Assembly: GCA_021735165.1 (NCBI GenBank)
Contig: JAIPHP010000003.1
Span: forward strand, 1,419 to 65,418
Direction: 5' to 3'
Length of the DNA stretch: 64,000 nucleotides
Source of the DNA: Candidatus Woesearchaeota archaeon
Lineage (GTDB): Archaea; Nanobdellota; Nanobdellia; Woesearchaeales; 21-14-0-10-32-9
Made by a program: the position numbers and the translations under genes. Each line of letters opens with the position of its first letter. Positions within the stretch are counted from its first letter, which is position 1. Of the stretch, positions 38,958-47,271 are shown in pieces. The notes below the pieces were generated by a model. That model was not told where the DNA came from. It did no database searches and was given only the letters and a program-made list of their open reading frames with translations.

Positions 38958-40470
38958 CTTCTAATCGTACCTCCACTTGTTTTTTTACTAGATGATGGGC
39001 TTTGCATTTGCCCACTATCACATCTTCGTGATTCTCATATCTTTCAAGCAAAATAGTTTCTTCATGTAAGTCTTTGATTTGTTTGTCCTTATCGTACTTG
39101 ATTCCCATTTCATTACAATAAGCGATGATCCTCTCCACTTTCTTCGCATATAATAACAAACATCCTGTCTGTCTTGCCCAATCAAATAATTTGATTCCCA
39201 TAGGATTATTCATAATCAAAACGGGCTTTAGAGAATTGAATTGAGGAATCTTTCTCATATCATATGAGAAACCTTGAGACATACAACCAATCATGGAAGT
39301 GATGTATTTTTTTCCAGCCATACCAAGATATTTTCCTTTCTTATCTCGCTTAATAGAAACAGCATAACCCATAATCGGAACATCCATGATATCATCATAG
39401 ACATAAATTAGATAATCTATTGGATCATTATCAAACTTCCAAACATCAACTAAACGTTTTCCTTTCTCGTCAGTATATTTGTGAATACTATCTTTGTTAA
39501 ACCACGAAGGAATCTTCTTAGGAAAATCAGCATTAAGACGAACCTGTAATTTATACCTCTTAATCAGATACATTACAAAATAGAATATTGCCTGTTCTTC
39601 AAACGCAAAACCAAGAGAACTATTATCAAGAATGCTTTTGACTACCTCTTTTTGATGAATCTTAGGAACAAGTTCTGCAATTAAATCTTCTGGTCTTGAA
39701 GGATTGTAATAATAACGTCTTTGCTTATAGGAAAAGACTTTCAACCAACTCACGCTGACCAATCGATAAATTATCCAAGATTTGATGACTTCCTCATCAA
39801 GCTTATACCTATCCTTAAGAATGTCTACTGGAAAGATCTCATTAGAATGTATTATATCAAGATACGCAGTCCTAATTCCCTTAGGCATCAAATTCAATAT
39901 TTTAAGCTTGACAGCATCATCATCCCTGCCATAGACATATCCTGGTTTTCTACCATGAATCATCTCAGTAGCAGGAATAGTGAACTCACTTCTGCTAATC
40001 TTTCCAGCAGTAAACAACTCCCTAATACACTGATAAGTATAATCCCAATTACCATAATCCTCAAGAGATGGATAATCCTTAAGCTGATAGAAGACCTCTG
40101 CTAAAGTAAGCCCTGCCTTATTATTCTGAAAGATCTCAAAGACTTTAGCCTTGATACCAACCAAGAGCTCATCAGTATCAACTGTCTTGTTAAAAGACTC
40201 AATCTTCCTATTGACATCATCCTCACTAATACCATACACAAAAGAACGAGAACACATCCTTTTCTCAGACTGGACTCTAACCTTACTCTTAACAATCAAA
40301 TCCTTAAGCAATAATTGCTTTAAATAACTAGAAACATGATGCTTCTGAAGAGAAGTACCCTTAAACTCATCAGCAATCTCACTGGAAATCACAGCCCTCT
40401 TACGCACTATGAATTTATAGATCTTGTAAGTGTAAGATCCAGTATTGAACATAATATTCTTTTCCGCCAT
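38929..40470 (-). CDS. tandem winged-HTH protein with C-terminal PD-(D/E)XK (Mrr-like) nuclease domain
   Basis: Two or three wHTH-like repeats ending FVYG / YVYG / YYY, then LGFAFEEQA...PIDYL...AVSIK. Confidence 0.6.
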   Translation of the reverse strand: MAEKNIMFNTGSYTYKIYKFIVRKRAVISSEIADEFKGTSLQKHHVSSYLKQLLLKDLIVKSKVRVQSEKRMCSRSFVYGISEDDVNRKIESFNKTVDTDELLVGIKAKVFEIFQNNKAGLTLAEVFYQLKDYPSLEDYGNWDYTYQCIRELFTAGKISRSEFTIPATEMIHGRKPGYVYGRDDDAVKLKILNLMPKGIRTAYLDIIHSNEIFPVDILKDRYKLDEEVIKSWIIYRLVSVSWLKVFSYKQRRYYYNPSRPEDLIAELVPKIHQKEVVKSILDNSSLGFAFEEQAIFYFVMYLIKRYKLQVRLNADFPKKIPSWFNKDSIHKYTDEKGKRLVDVWKFDNDPIDYLIYVYDDIMDVPIMGYAVSIKRDKKGKYLGMAGKKYITSMIGCMSQGFSYDMRKIPQFNSLKPVLIMNNPMGIKLFDWARQTGCLLLYAKKVERIIAYCNEMGIKYDKDKQIKDLHEETILLERYENHEDVIVGKCKAHHLVKKQVEVRLEDETKKPSAI

Positions 40471-40641
40471 TTATCATACCTTATTACAATAAATGACAGA
40501 ATTAGAGTGCATAAATAGTTAGTTCGCTTAATTAGTATTATTTATCTCCCAATTCGATATATTTTTATACATTAATCATATTAAACGGTTAAGACGTTGA
40601 ATATGACTAGTTGGCAATGAAAGGTCCCGAGCAAAGTGAGT

Positions 40642-40666
40642 GCACCTAGAGTTGACAATGATTAAT
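40642..40666 (+). repeat. right direct repeat (attR/TSD), copy of the PCNA 3' end
   Basis: Identical to 17032-17056; encodes APRVDND-stop. Confidence 0.95.
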
Positions 40667-40787
40667 TGTTAAACTCCTTAATGTCATTCGTGACATTTGA
40701 GTAATTATAAGCTAAGCTTAATTGCTCAGTCTGAGTTTTTTGTTTTATACACAACTTTTTTAAAATAACTTTTTTTCTTATAATTAT

Positions 40788-41720
40788 ATGAATTCTGTAG
40801 AGATAAAAGGACTTGTAAAAGAATACAAAGAAAAGAAAAAAGAAACAATCATAGCGGTAGATAATATTTCATTCAACGTAAAAAAAGGAGAAATATTTGG
40901 ATTTTTAGGTCCGAACGGTGCTGGAAAAACAACTACAATAAACTGCGTAACACAACTATCAAACAAAACAAGTGGAAAAATTTTTGTAAATGGTTTTGAT
41001 ACAGAAAAACAATATTTAGAAGCAAGAAGACAAATAGGACTAAGTCCTCAGGACTTGTTATTTGATCCTTACTTCACAGTCATGGAACTTCTTACTTATC
41101 AAGGTGGATATTTTGGAATGCCAAAAAAACAAGCGCAAAAAAGAGCAGAAAAACTTCTTAAACAATTCAATTTATGGGATAAAAGAAAAGTAAATATGCG
41201 CCAATTGAGCGGCGGTATGAAAAGAAAATTTAGTATAATAAAAGCACTTATGCACGAGCCATCAATACTAATACTTGACGAGCCAACAGCAGCATTAGAC
41301 GTTGATTCAAGATACGAGCTCTGGGAATTTATAAAAAAACTGAACAATGAAGGGATAACAATAATCCTCACAACACATTACATAGAAGAAGCAGAAAAAC
41401 TTGCAGATAGAATATGCATAATAAACAAAGGAAAAATAATAAAATTGGAAGAAAAAGAAAAAATAATAGATGAACTAAGCCAAAACATAATAACAATCTA
41501 CCTAAAAAAAAATGAGGCGCTACCAAAAGAATTTCCTCAATTAAATTACACTTATTATGACAAAAAATTAATAATAACAACGCCCAAAAAAGACCAAAAC
41601 AAGAACTTGAGATTTGCCTTGAAAACATTAGAAGAAAATAAAATAGAAACAGAAAACTTCTCCGTAGATCAAGATAACTTAGAAAATATATTCAGGAGGC
41701 TAATAAAAAATGAAAAATAA
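40788..41720 (+). CDS. ABC-2 type transporter ATP-binding protein
   Basis: GPNGAGKTT, LSGGMKR, ILDEP, TTH. Confidence 0.95.
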   Translation: MNSVEIKGLVKEYKEKKKETIIAVDNISFNVKKGEIFGFLGPNGAGKTTTINCVTQLSNKTSGKIFVNGFDTEKQYLEARRQIGLSPQDLLFDPYFTVMELLTYQGGYFGMPKKQAQKRAEKLLKQFNLWDKRKVNMRQLSGGMKRKFSIIKALMHEPSILILDEPTAALDVDSRYELWEFIKKLNNEGITIILTTHYIEEAEKLADRICIINKGKIIKLEEKEKIIDELSQNIITIYLKKNEALPKEFPQLNYTYYDKKLIITTPKKDQNKNLRFALKTLEENKIETENFSVDQDNLENIFRRLIKNEK

Positions 41721-42486
41721 GCTTAGCAACTGGATATCATTTTATACTTTATTCAAAAGAGAATTTTTACGTTTTTTTAAAGTGCCTAACAATACAATAT
41801 TTCCCCAATTAATAACTGTATTGTTCTACTTCATAATATTTGGAATAGCAATAGGAGCAAGGATAAAAGAAGTAGCAGGAGTATCGTACTTCCTGTTTAT
41901 ACTTCCAGGATTATTCGTACAAGTGCTCATAAATGGTTCCTATAGCAATCCTTCAGGTTCATTATTCATGTCAAGAATGTGGGGAAGTATAACAGATGTT
42001 CTCATAGCACCAATATCATATACACAATTCACGTTCGCATACATATTTGCAGCAATGCTTCGAGGATTGACTTTAGGAATAGGCGCAATACTCATAGCGA
42101 TGATATTCATACAAGTAAACATATACAGCATATGGATATTAGGGTTATACATTCTATTAATATCTTTTGTCTTCGCATTAATGGGAATAATAATAGGTCT
42201 TTGGTGCAAAACGCACGAGCAGCTTAACATATTCATAAATTTTATAGTAACCCCGTTAACATTTCTTGGGGGCGTATTCTATACATTAAATATGGTTCCA
42301 AAAACAATAGCAACAATAACACAACTAAATCCGATATTTTACATGATAAACGGAGTAAGATATGGAATGATAGGTGTGCAAGATGGAAATATATATCTTG
42401 GACTGTTATTTTTAACAATTTTAGCAATATCTCTATTCACAATAGTTTACTTATTAATAAAAAGAGGATATAATTTAAGGACGTAA
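41710..42486 (+). CDS. ABC-2 type transporter permease
   Basis: Six TM helices, PLTFLGGVFY, NPIFYMINGVRYG. Confidence 0.92.
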   Translation: MKNKLSNWISFYTLFKREFLRFFKVPNNTIFPQLITVLFYFIIFGIAIGARIKEVAGVSYFLFILPGLFVQVLINGSYSNPSGSLFMSRMWGSITDVLIAPISYTQFTFAYIFAAMLRGLTLGIGAILIAMIFIQVNIYSIWILGLYILLISFVFALMGIIIGLWCKTHEQLNIFINFIVTPLTFLGGVFYTLNMVPKTIATITQLNPIFYMINGVRYGMIGVQDGNIYLGLLFLTILAISLFTIVYLLIKRGYNLRT

Positions 42487-42528
42487 GTTCCCAAAGTATA
42501 TAAACAAAGCTTCATTCTACATATTAAT

Positions 42529-43275
42529 ATGGAAAAAATGCCTAAGTTAAAATCTGACGAACCTCCTGCAGAAGCAGAAAGAGTACAAAAATTGCTTGCA
42601 AATGGAGGCTTGTGTTCAAGAAGAAGAGCAGAAGAGCTAATAGAACAAGGAAAAGTAACAGTAAATGGCAAAATAATAAAACTAGGAGATAAAGCAAGAC
42701 CTGGCACAGACGAAATAGTTGTAGAAGGCAAAATGCTTAAAAAAATAAAAAAAATATATTTATTACTTAATAAACCTCCAGGATACGAAACAACGCTATT
42801 TAGTCCTCAAAACAGAAAAAAAGTAACTGACCTAATAAAAATTAAGGAAAGAATAATACCTGTGGGAAGACTGGATTTGAACAGTCGCGGACTATTAATT
42901 CTTACAAATGATGGAAACTTCGCAAATAAAATAATGCACCCGAGATTTGAAAAAGAAAAAACATATGAAGCAACAGTAAAAGGAATAATACCTGAAAGCA
43001 AACTAAAAATGATAGAAAATGGGCTGGACATAGGAATAGCAAAAGCAAGTCCTTGTGAAGTAAAAATTCTAAAAGAAGGGAAAAAATTCATGCGAGTAGC
43101 AGTAACAATTAAAGAAGGAAAGAACAGGCAGATAAGAAGGATGTTTCACAGAATAGGCTACAACGTAGAAGACTTAGTAAGAACCAAAATAGGCAATATA
43201 GGTATAGGAAAATTAAAAGAAGGAAAGTATAGGCATCTAACGACAAAAGAAGTACAAACATTATTAGAAAAATAA
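42529..43275 (+). CDS. RsuA/RluB/E/F family pseudouridine synthase
   Basis: S4 domain (CSRRRAEELI), LNKPPG, GRLD, LTNDG, EGKNRQIRRM. Confidence 0.93.
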   Translation: MEKMPKLKSDEPPAEAERVQKLLANGGLCSRRRAEELIEQGKVTVNGKIIKLGDKARPGTDEIVVEGKMLKKIKKIYLLLNKPPGYETTLFSPQNRKKVTDLIKIKERIIPVGRLDLNSRGLLILTNDGNFANKIMHPRFEKEKTYEATVKGIIPESKLKMIENGLDIGIAKASPCEVKILKEGKKFMRVAVTIKEGKNRQIRRMFHRIGYNVEDLVRTKIGNIGIGKLKEGKYRHLTTKEVQTLLEK

Positions 43276-43423
43276 ATTAGTTGAATTATTCAGCATAAAA
43301 TTCTGCATCTGAACTATCAAAAAATAATATTTCTTCATTGAATCAACAGGATCAAGTTCGTATTTAAAATTACTAAACCCTATTTTTTTATCCTCATAAT
43401 GTTCGTTCATTTTAACCATTTTT

Positions 43424-44038
43424 TTATTGATCTAAATAATCACTGTAAAAGAGTTTTTGAAATGCTTTAGAAAATTCGTTTGACGTGAGAATTTCCTCGA
43501 GTTTGTCATATCTCTCCACATATTTTTCTTTAACCAGTTTTAATAAGTCTTTTGAAGGCTCTTCTAAGCTGCAAAAATAATAGCACATCTTCTCAATTTT
43601 ATTATTTGTTTCTTTAAGAATTGCTGACTCTTTTTCTGCCAGACTTACGTTGTACTGTATTTTTGTCAGCATTGCTTGTATTTTAAATTCCTCTTCGACT
43701 TTGTAATTTATGCTGTTGATTAAATTTCTATCTTCATTTGTCATGTCAAATTTTTCTACCTCTGCAGGGTTTATTGTGTTTACTATTTTATGTATCTTGG
43801 TGTCCACTAATCTTTTCATCGCCATAATCATAGCTGAATACCACCCATTCTCATAATTTTTAAGATAAACTTTCTGCCACGTTTCATCTTCAGGATAATA
43901 TTTATTGTAAATATCCAGGCTTAGCTCTTTACTAAGGATTGGACCATGGGTTTCAAATCTTTTTTCTTCTGCCTGTTTTCTTCCTATGTCTTCTCTGAGG
44001 ATATTTTCAATTCTGTTCTTGTATTCAGTGTGTATCAT
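43424..44038 (-). CDS. hypothetical protein
   Basis: 204-aa ORF; no recognised motif. Confidence 0.6.
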   Translation of the reverse strand: MIHTEYKNRIENILREDIGRKQAEEKRFETHGPILSKELSLDIYNKYYPEDETWQKVYLKNYENGWYSAMIMAMKRLVDTKIHKIVNTINPAEVEKFDMTNEDRNLINSINYKVEEEFKIQAMLTKIQYNVSLAEKESAILKETNNKIEKMCYYFCSLEEPSKDLLKLVKEKYVERYDKLEEILTSNEFSKAFQKLFYSDYLDQ

Positions 44039-44093
44039 TTATTATCAATTAGTGGAAACTACATAAATATTTAAATATTAGTTGTCATAATTT

Positions 44094-44846
44094 ATGACTA
44101 CTATGAACTATGAAAAGTTGATTGAACTTGGCTTCAATAAAAATGAGGCAAAGGTATATCTTTCGCTTATGAAATTTACTAGCGCAGATGCGAACACAAT
44201 AATAAAGGACACTAAATTTCACAAAAATATTGTATATGACAATCTAAGCAAACTCTCAGACAAAGGACTTGTAACACATATAATAAAAGAAGGAAGAACA
44301 GTATTTCAGGCAGCAGATCCGAATATGCTTCTTGAACTGTTTGTTGAAGAGCAGAAAAAACTTGATTCAAAAAAGAAAAAAGCACAAAAGGTATATGATG
44401 AACTGAAAAAAATTGTCAGAAAAGAACAGGAAAAACAGACAGCGAAAATATACACAGGGAAAAAAGGAATAAGAACTTTTTACAAAGAGCTTATAGAAAT
44501 AGAGAAAGACTATGTTGTATTCGGAGCCCCGCTGCATTCTGTAGAGATTATGGGAGAAACATTCTGGAAGAACTTTCATTTAAAGTCAAGAGAAAAAGGT
44601 ATGAAGATGAAAATGATAATGAACAAATCCATAAAGCATTATGCGAATATACCCAGAGGAAAAGACAGACAAGTAAGATTCTTCGACCGAAACTTTGAGC
44701 CATTAACAGAGACAAACATACAGGGAGAAAGAACTGCAATAATGGTCTGGACTCAGGAGCCGATCTTATTCCTTATAGAATCAAAAAAAGTTGCAGACTC
44801 CTACAGACTATACTTTAAAAAGATGTGGAAAGAATTAAAGGAATAA
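44094..44846 (+). CDS. TrmB family transcriptional regulator
   Basis: LGFNKNEAKVYLSL...VYDNLSKL..KGLV; C-terminal effector domain ending FKKMW. Confidence 0.88.
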   Translation: MTTMNYEKLIELGFNKNEAKVYLSLMKFTSADANTIIKDTKFHKNIVYDNLSKLSDKGLVTHIIKEGRTVFQAADPNMLLELFVEEQKKLDSKKKKAQKVYDELKKIVRKEQEKQTAKIYTGKKGIRTFYKELIEIEKDYVVFGAPLHSVEIMGETFWKNFHLKSREKGMKMKMIMNKSIKHYANIPRGKDRQVRFFDRNFEPLTETNIQGERTAIMVWTQEPILFLIESKKVADSYRLYFKKMWKELKE

Positions 44847-44895
44847 AAAATTATTCAGATCATCAATTTTTTCAGCTAATTCTTTATCTGTAATC

Positions 44896-45129
44896 TTATT
44901 GCGCGCTAGCGAAAGGGGTTTAATACAAATAAATGCTTTGCATTTATTGTACACAAAAGCTTTGCTTTTGTCGTATCCCGACCTGCTCAAAAATCTTTGA
45001 TTTTTGGCATGCAAATAAAAACTTTGTTTTTATTGCACACAAAATTGTTCGTTCATTTTTGTTGTGCCAGAAACTTTGTTTCTGTGCATTTAGGGCGGAG
45101 ATAGCTTCGGAGCAGCGATTTTCATTATT
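44896..45129. repeat. hairpin-array repeat (REP/MITE-like), copy 1
   Basis: First 108 bp are 104/108 identical to 46090-46197; shared end GCGATTTTCATTATT; about six short palindromes. Confidence 0.85.
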
Positions 45130-45184
45130 TTCCGGTAAATATTCAGAAAACTATTTAAACAACCAAGTATTACGATGTATTACA

Positions 45185-45463
45185 ATGGACGTCTTAACTG
45201 TAAAGTTCCAGCCAAATATTATGAAAAAAATAGATAAGGCAATAAAGCAAAACAACTATAACTCAAAAACTGAATTCATAAGAGATGCGGTAAGAAATAA
45301 ACTTGAAGAAATAGAAAGAGAAATAGCTCTGAAAAAATTCATGGAACTTCAGGGCAGAGCAGGAAAAATAACTACAGATGAAGAAAATGAAAAAACAAGA
45401 GAACTTGTTGGAAAACAAATACTTGCTAAATACAAGAAAAAAATCAAAAATTCTCAGGTTTAA
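45185..45463 (+). CDS. RHH/CopG antitoxin-like protein
   Basis: MDVLTVKF...IDKAI....YNSKTEFIRDAVR; the 176-aa track ORF is over-extended through the repeat. Confidence 0.8.
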   Translation: MDVLTVKFQPNIMKKIDKAIKQNNYNSKTEFIRDAVRNKLEEIEREIALKKFMELQGRAGKITTDEENEKTRELVGKQILAKYKKKIKNSQV

Positions 45464-45863
45464 GAGAATCACAAACATCTGTAAGATTGTTGAAAAAATG
45501 CCTGTCTCTGGTTATAGCAACAGATTTTTTGTTTCTAGTCTGCACTGCTATTAGACAATCTGCAAAAGGTATATTTCTTTCCTTTGACAAATTATCTGCT
45601 TCTTTAATTTCATAATGTTCTGGTTTTAAAATATCTAACGAAATAAACTTTCCAAGAAGATAAATTAGATCATTAATCTGGCATTCTGAGAAATCTGTTT
45701 TTAGCTCTTTTATGGAAATTTGAGAAATAAACAATTTGTTTTTATTTGAAAAGACATAAAGAAAAAATTTAGCGGCATAGTCTCCTATAGGCTCTTTTTT
45801 TCTCCCGAATCTATTTTCATAAAAATCTCTTAAAATACAAGTATCGATAAAATAGCGTTCCAT
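45444..45863 (-). CDS. PIN domain (VapC-like) protein
   Basis: YFIDTC, IKEL, FADCLIA, ITRDRHF. Confidence 0.88.
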   Translation of the reverse strand: MERYFIDTCILRDFYENRFGRKKEPIGDYAAKFFLYVFSNKNKLFISQISIKELKTDFSECQINDLIYLLGKFISLDILKPEHYEIKEADNLSKERNIPFADCLIAVQTRNKKSVAITRDRHFFNNLTDVCDSLKPENF

Positions 45864-46089
45864 AAAAAAAGAAAAATCAAATCATATTAATTCTTAAGCA
45901 GAACTTTTTCGGAAGTTTTCCGATAAAACTATGATTTAATATTTTTTTAATATTGCATAATACATAACATCAAACAATTCGCCCATTTCTTCTATTTTTG
46001 AATTCGTATTGTTAACCATTTTTTCAATATATTTTTGTCTGCATGCTTTAACATCTCCCCAGGTATCTGAACTAATTGTGTGATTTTTT

Positions 46090-46254
46090 TTATTGCGCGC
46101 TAGCGGAAGGGGTTTAATACAAATAAATGCTTCGCATTTATTGTACACAAAAGCTTTGCTTTTGTCGTATCCCGACCTGTTCAGAAATCTTTGATTTCTG
46201 CGCTCAAGAAACTTTTAGTTTCTTAGCAGACTCGGAGGAGCGATTTTCATTATT
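46090..46254. repeat. hairpin-array repeat (REP/MITE-like), copy 2 (shorter)
   Basis: Same ends as 44896-45129 with fewer internal hairpins. Confidence 0.85.
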
Positions 46255-46316
46255 CATATGATAAAGAAAATGATATTATTACTTTCTTGGATATTTATCA
46301 TAAAGATGATCAATGA

Positions 46317-46862
46317 TTAGAACTTCTTCCTCAAAAATACCTTATTAGTTTTACCATCTTGACTTCTACTTACAATCTCTCGTTCTTCCAAATTCTTAAG
46401 AAGCAACGAAAGCGAGGTTTTACTCATCCCCGTTTTATACCTCAAAGTGCTTTGCTGAATTCCTTCCTGATCATGAACTGCTCTTAGAACACTTTGTTCA
46501 TCTTTTCCAAAACTCGAAATAAATGCTTCAAACTTGCCTTTTTCTTCATTTTCTCGCTTCACAGATTTTAAAGCCTGACTAACCTCGAAGTTTTGCTTTT
46601 CCAGCATTTGCTGAGTCTTATCAAAAAATATCAAGTATACTCCCAAAATCAATAATGTACCTGCAGCTATCCAACCAACAATAAAAGGAGCATAATCCCT
46701 ATCGCCGTGAAGACATGTTCCATCTGCTAAATAACAAGATCCGTTCTGAGTTTCTACAATTGCAGCTATATAATTATCTTCTCTAATCTTAGAAGTTTGC
46801 ACAAGAAATGCAAGAACTAATGCTATGAATATGACTATAAAACCAACATGTTTATTCTTCAT
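46317..46862 (-). CDS. membrane-anchored wHTH (MarR-like) regulator
   Basis: Two TM helices flanking a C-x6-CxH loop; C-terminal GIQQSTL...MSKTSLS..LKNLEER...GKTNKV. Confidence 0.8.
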   Translation of the reverse strand: MKNKHVGFIVIFIALVLAFLVQTSKIREDNYIAAIVETQNGSCYLADGTCLHGDRDYAPFIVGWIAAGTLLILGVYLIFFDKTQQMLEKQNFEVSQALKSVKRENEEKGKFEAFISSFGKDEQSVLRAVHDQEGIQQSTLRYKTGMSKTSLSLLLKNLEEREIVSRSQDGKTNKVFLRKKF

Positions 46863-46920
46863 TCTAAACCTAAAAACACACTTTATTTTTAACATTTATG
46901 ATTTAAAACAAGCAAAATCA

Positions 46921-47148
46921 TCATTTACCCCAAGACCACTTAGCTTTCTCCCCAGTTAACATACAAATTGTGACTAATGCAACAACTGTAAGAACAAGAT
47001 ATATTATTCCAGCTAAAGAATCGACTTCAATTAGTTTAGAAAAAACAATTATGAGCAAAACAGCAACAATGGTAACAACCCAGCCTTCCTTAGAAACAGG
47101 ATACCAACCATACCCATACAACTTTCTCTTAAACCAATGCTTTCTCAT
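46921..47148 (-). CDS. small 2-TM membrane protein
   Basis: WFKRKLYGYGWYP..KEGW...GEKAKWSWG. Confidence 0.75.
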   Translation of the reverse strand: MRKHWFKRKLYGYGWYPVSKEGWVVTIVAVLLIIVFSKLIEVDSLAGIIYLVLTVVALVTICMLTGEKAKWSWGK

Positions 47149-47271
47149 AAATTTAATTTTTAGTTCTAGACTATATAAACTCTTCTAATTTACATTTAAT
47201 TCTTAAAAAGCATGGCTAAAAATTCACTTTGCTAATAAAATAAAATAAATTAATTAATTTTCAAAATAAGT

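Larger units (their letters stand above)
17032..40666. mobile_element. ~23.6 kb integrated element / defence island in the 3' end of PCNA
   Basis: 25-bp perfect flanking direct repeats; visible shift from A-ending host codons to T-ending codons inside; MCM-like helicase, R-M, RadC and Bro-N cargo. Confidence 0.92.

Noticed and set aside
17032-40666. Casposon, suggested by the 25-bp duplication in a protein-coding gene
   Set aside because: No Cas1, no PolB inside the element and no terminal inverted repeats; the PolB-like gene lies outside the repeats.
17032-40666. Provirus or conjugative element
   Set aside because: No recognisable capsid, portal, large terminase, VirB4 or relaxase.
44933-45184. 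N-terminal extension of the 176-aa ORF, and the 70-aa ORF at 45936-46148
   Set aside because: Both read through the palindromic repeat; the plausible RHH gene starts at 45185.
44896-46254. Integron attC sites
   Set aside because: No clear RYYYAAC/GTTRRRY boxes, structure is many short hairpins rather than one long stem, and no IntI is present.
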